The notes beneath the pieces are model-generated. The model was not told the DNA's origin. It did no database searches and worked only from the letters and a program-made list of their open reading frames with translations. From Candidatus Binatia bacterium (GTDB lineage Bacteria; Desulfobacterota; Binatia; UBA1149; CAITLU01), in the NCBI GenBank assembly GCA_035626675.1, contig DASPNH010000127.1, forward strand, positions 23,811 through 87,810: a stretch of 64,000 nt of DNA, given 5' to 3'. The position numbers were made by a program, and so were the translations under genes. Below, one piece after another: positions 62,506 to 64,000 of the stretch (position 1 is the stretch's first letter; the number at the start of each line of letters is the position of its first letter).

Positions 62506-62822
62506 TCGGGCTGCTGCTGACGCTGGTGCTGGTGGCTGCACTCACTGCCAGCGGCTATCGCTGGCAGCGCCGCCTTCGCTTCCGCCGCGCCCTTGCCGCG
62601 CTCCCGGGCGGCAGCGAGCCGACCGCCATCGAAGTGGACGGCTTCGGCGACATCGATTTCCACTTGCAGCAGCGCATCTGCCCTTGCGGCGGACGCGTCC
62701 AGAGCCTCGGCGAGCGATCGGCGCCGGCCGGCCAGCGCGTGCTCCGGGTGGTGCGCGTCGAGTGCCGCAGCTGCGAAACGATCAGCGAGGTATGGTTCGA
62801 CGCCTCGCGGGCGTATCATTGA
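62502..62822 (+). CDS. Small membrane-anchored Zn-ribbon protein
   Basis: The GTG start overlaps the preceding stop as GTGA. The N-terminus has a TM helix (MIGLLLTLVLVAALTA). A CPCGG...CRSCE ribbon follows. Confidence 0.4.
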   Translation: MIGLLLTLVLVAALTASGYRWQRRLRFRRALAALPGGSEPTAIEVDGFGDIDFHLQQRICPCGGRVQSLGERSAPAGQRVLRVVRVECRSCETISEVWFDASRAYH

Positions 62823-62913
62823 AGCGGATGACCGATACGGGCGATCAGGGTATCGCGGGCATGAACGCGACGAATGGCCGCGTCCGCCGGTGCACTGCCG
62901 CTACGGAATTCGT

Positions 62914-63255
62914 GTGACGGAGGCCGCCGACCATCGCGTCGCCGTGGACGTCTCCGACTCCGAGCTGGATGGCGAGCTCGGCGTGTACACGCTGTTCTTT
63001 GCGGTGCCGCGCTACGAAATCGTCTTCTTCAAGCTCGTCATCGAGTCGTACGAAGGGCTGGCGTCGGGGCGCTCCATGAACCGCAGGCCGCAGGACGAGG
63101 AGAGCGAGCAGGTTCTCGAAGTCGTGCTCGCCGTCCCCGACCTGATCGAGGACACACGCCGCATGCTTTCGTGGCTGGCCTCTGCCACGGCTGCCGAGCA
63201 GGTGGCCTCCACGCCCGAGCTTCGCGAGGAGCTGCGGAATGCTCTTCGGGAGTGA
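62914..63255 (+). CDS. Small conserved hypothetical protein (possibly DUF4911-like)
   Basis: VYTLFFAVPRYEIVFFKLVIESYEGL is a conserved-looking core. The start is uncertain (GTG at 62914 or 62890). There is no clear RBS. Confidence 0.3.
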   Translation: MTEAADHRVAVDVSDSELDGELGVYTLFFAVPRYEIVFFKLVIESYEGLASGRSMNRRPQDEESEQVLEVVLAVPDLIEDTRRMLSWLASATAAEQVASTPELREELRNALRE

Positions 63256-63303
63256 AGAAAAAGGCGACAGCGGCCAGGTACTGAATCGTGAATCCAGGGC
63301 GGT

Positions 63304-64000
63304 TCACGATTCAGTACCTGACCCCGCGTCGCTGGCGGCAGGCTGGCGCGCGAAGACGTAGGCGACGCCGATCGACATCACGTAGAGGATCAGCAGCGGA
63401 ATGGCCATCATCATCTGCGAGGCGGCGTCGGGCGGCGTCAGGACCGCGGCCACGATGAAGATGGCGAGCACGGCGTAGCGCGAGTAATCGATCAGCGTTC
63501 GATGCGTGACCACACCGGCGCGCGCCAGGAAATAGGTCAGCACCGGCATCTCGAAGGTCACTCCGAAGGCCAGCATCATTCGTGACGAGAACGCCAGGTA
63601 CTCGCTGATGCGCAGCACCGGCACCGCGCCGATGTTCTCGTACTCCTGCAGGAAGAATGGGAAACCGACCGGGAAGACGACGCGGTAGCAGAAGGCGGCG
63701 CCCGCCAGAAAGAAGAAGGTCCCTGCGACGGCGAACCAGCGCGCGAAGCCCGCTTCGGTGTCCTTCAATCCCGGTACGATGAACTTCCACAGCTGGTACA
63801 GCACCACCGGCAGCGCCAGGAAGAGCGCAGCCACCGCGCACACGGCGATGCGCGTGAAGAAGGCCTCGGCCACCCCGGTCCCTACGATCTGCACCTCGTA
63901 GCCGGAGGCCTCTGCACTCTGGCGAAGCGGCGCCTCCAGGAACTCGAAGAGGCGGCGCGAATACGGGTAGCAGACCGAGAATGCCGCGACGATGGCCAGC
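63304..64000 (-). CDS. tatC: Sec-independent protein translocase TatC, partial because the N-terminus lies beyond the window end
   Basis: LTPPDAASQ (the TatC TPPD motif) is present, with multiple TM helices. Upstream translation to position 64000 continues in-frame (...PYSRRLFEFLEAPLRQS...) without a stop. Confidence 0.8.
   Translation of the reverse strand, partial: LAIVAAFSVCYPYSRRLFEFLEAPLRQSAEASGYEVQIVGTGVAEAFFTRIAVCAVAALFLALPVVLYQLWKFIVPGLKDTEAGFARWFAVAGTFFFLAGAAFCYRVVFPVGFPFFLQEYENIGAVPVLRISEYLAFSSRMMLAFGVTFEMPVLTYFLARAGVVTHRTLIDYSRYAVLAIFIVAAVLTPPDAASQMMMAIPLLILYVMSIGVAYVFARQPAASDAGSGTES

Overview
This 64 kb window is about 68-70% GC bacterial chromosomal DNA. Lineage signals (Myxococcus-type cysteine-rich repeats, dockerin modules, MEDS and HWE-type kinases) point to a Myxococcota/Deltaproteobacteria-like or similar high-GC organism. 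Because of the GC content the six-frame track is full of long spurious Arg/Ala/Gly-rich ORFs, so genes were called only where the translation shows recognisable domain architecture, sensible start codons or overlaps, and signal peptides or TM segments.

Main content:
- 1-14.4 kb, minus strand: one long, tightly coupled operon for a group 1h (high-affinity, Tat-less) [NiFe]-hydrogenase. Order is hypF-hypC-hypD-SIS-hypE-hhyS-hhyL, then two hydrogenase-associated proteins of unknown function (one NifU-like), the maturation protease, hypA and hypB. It runs straight into a PAS/HWE histidine kinase and a REC-PAS response regulator.
- 14.6-27 kb: a PhnB-like VOC protein, a large exported protein with a duplicated 4-Cys module, a MEDS protein plus hybrid GAF/PAS kinase, an MMPL/RND exporter, a SnoaL-like protein, a secreted Cys-rich-repeat/PPC protein with a dockerin-like segment, and a REC-GAF-HK hybrid kinase.
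- 27-31.3 kb: fabD, a lipoprotein, argH, argG.
- 31.5-41.7 kb: a DUF4112 protein, acyl-CoA dehydrogenase, an EamA transporter, and a hypothetical protein. A 500-bp noncoding region with a strong terminator-like structure sits upstream of a secreted EEP-nuclease/phosphatase plus phospholipase-D pair. A 3-gene operon of uncharacterised proteins follows, including a degenerate double hotdog fold.
- 42-47.8 kb: a DUF3604 protein, a PpiC-like protein, a small secreted protein, and an NF038122-type metalloprotease fused, across an apparent frameshift, to Myxococcus Cys-rich repeats and a canonical dockerin.
- 47.9-51 kb: argF-argD-argB.
- 51-64 kb: a SnoaL-like protein, a DUF2029-like membrane glycosyltransferase, a type I phosphodiesterase lipoprotein, hslU-hslV-xerC, an alpha/beta hydrolase, a Zn-ribbon protein, a lipoprotein, enoyl-CoA hydratase, an AsmA-like exported protein, two small proteins, and the 3' part of tatC.
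- A 23-bp perfect palindrome occurs three times between convergent genes.
- No rRNA, tRNA, CRISPR array or transposase was seen.
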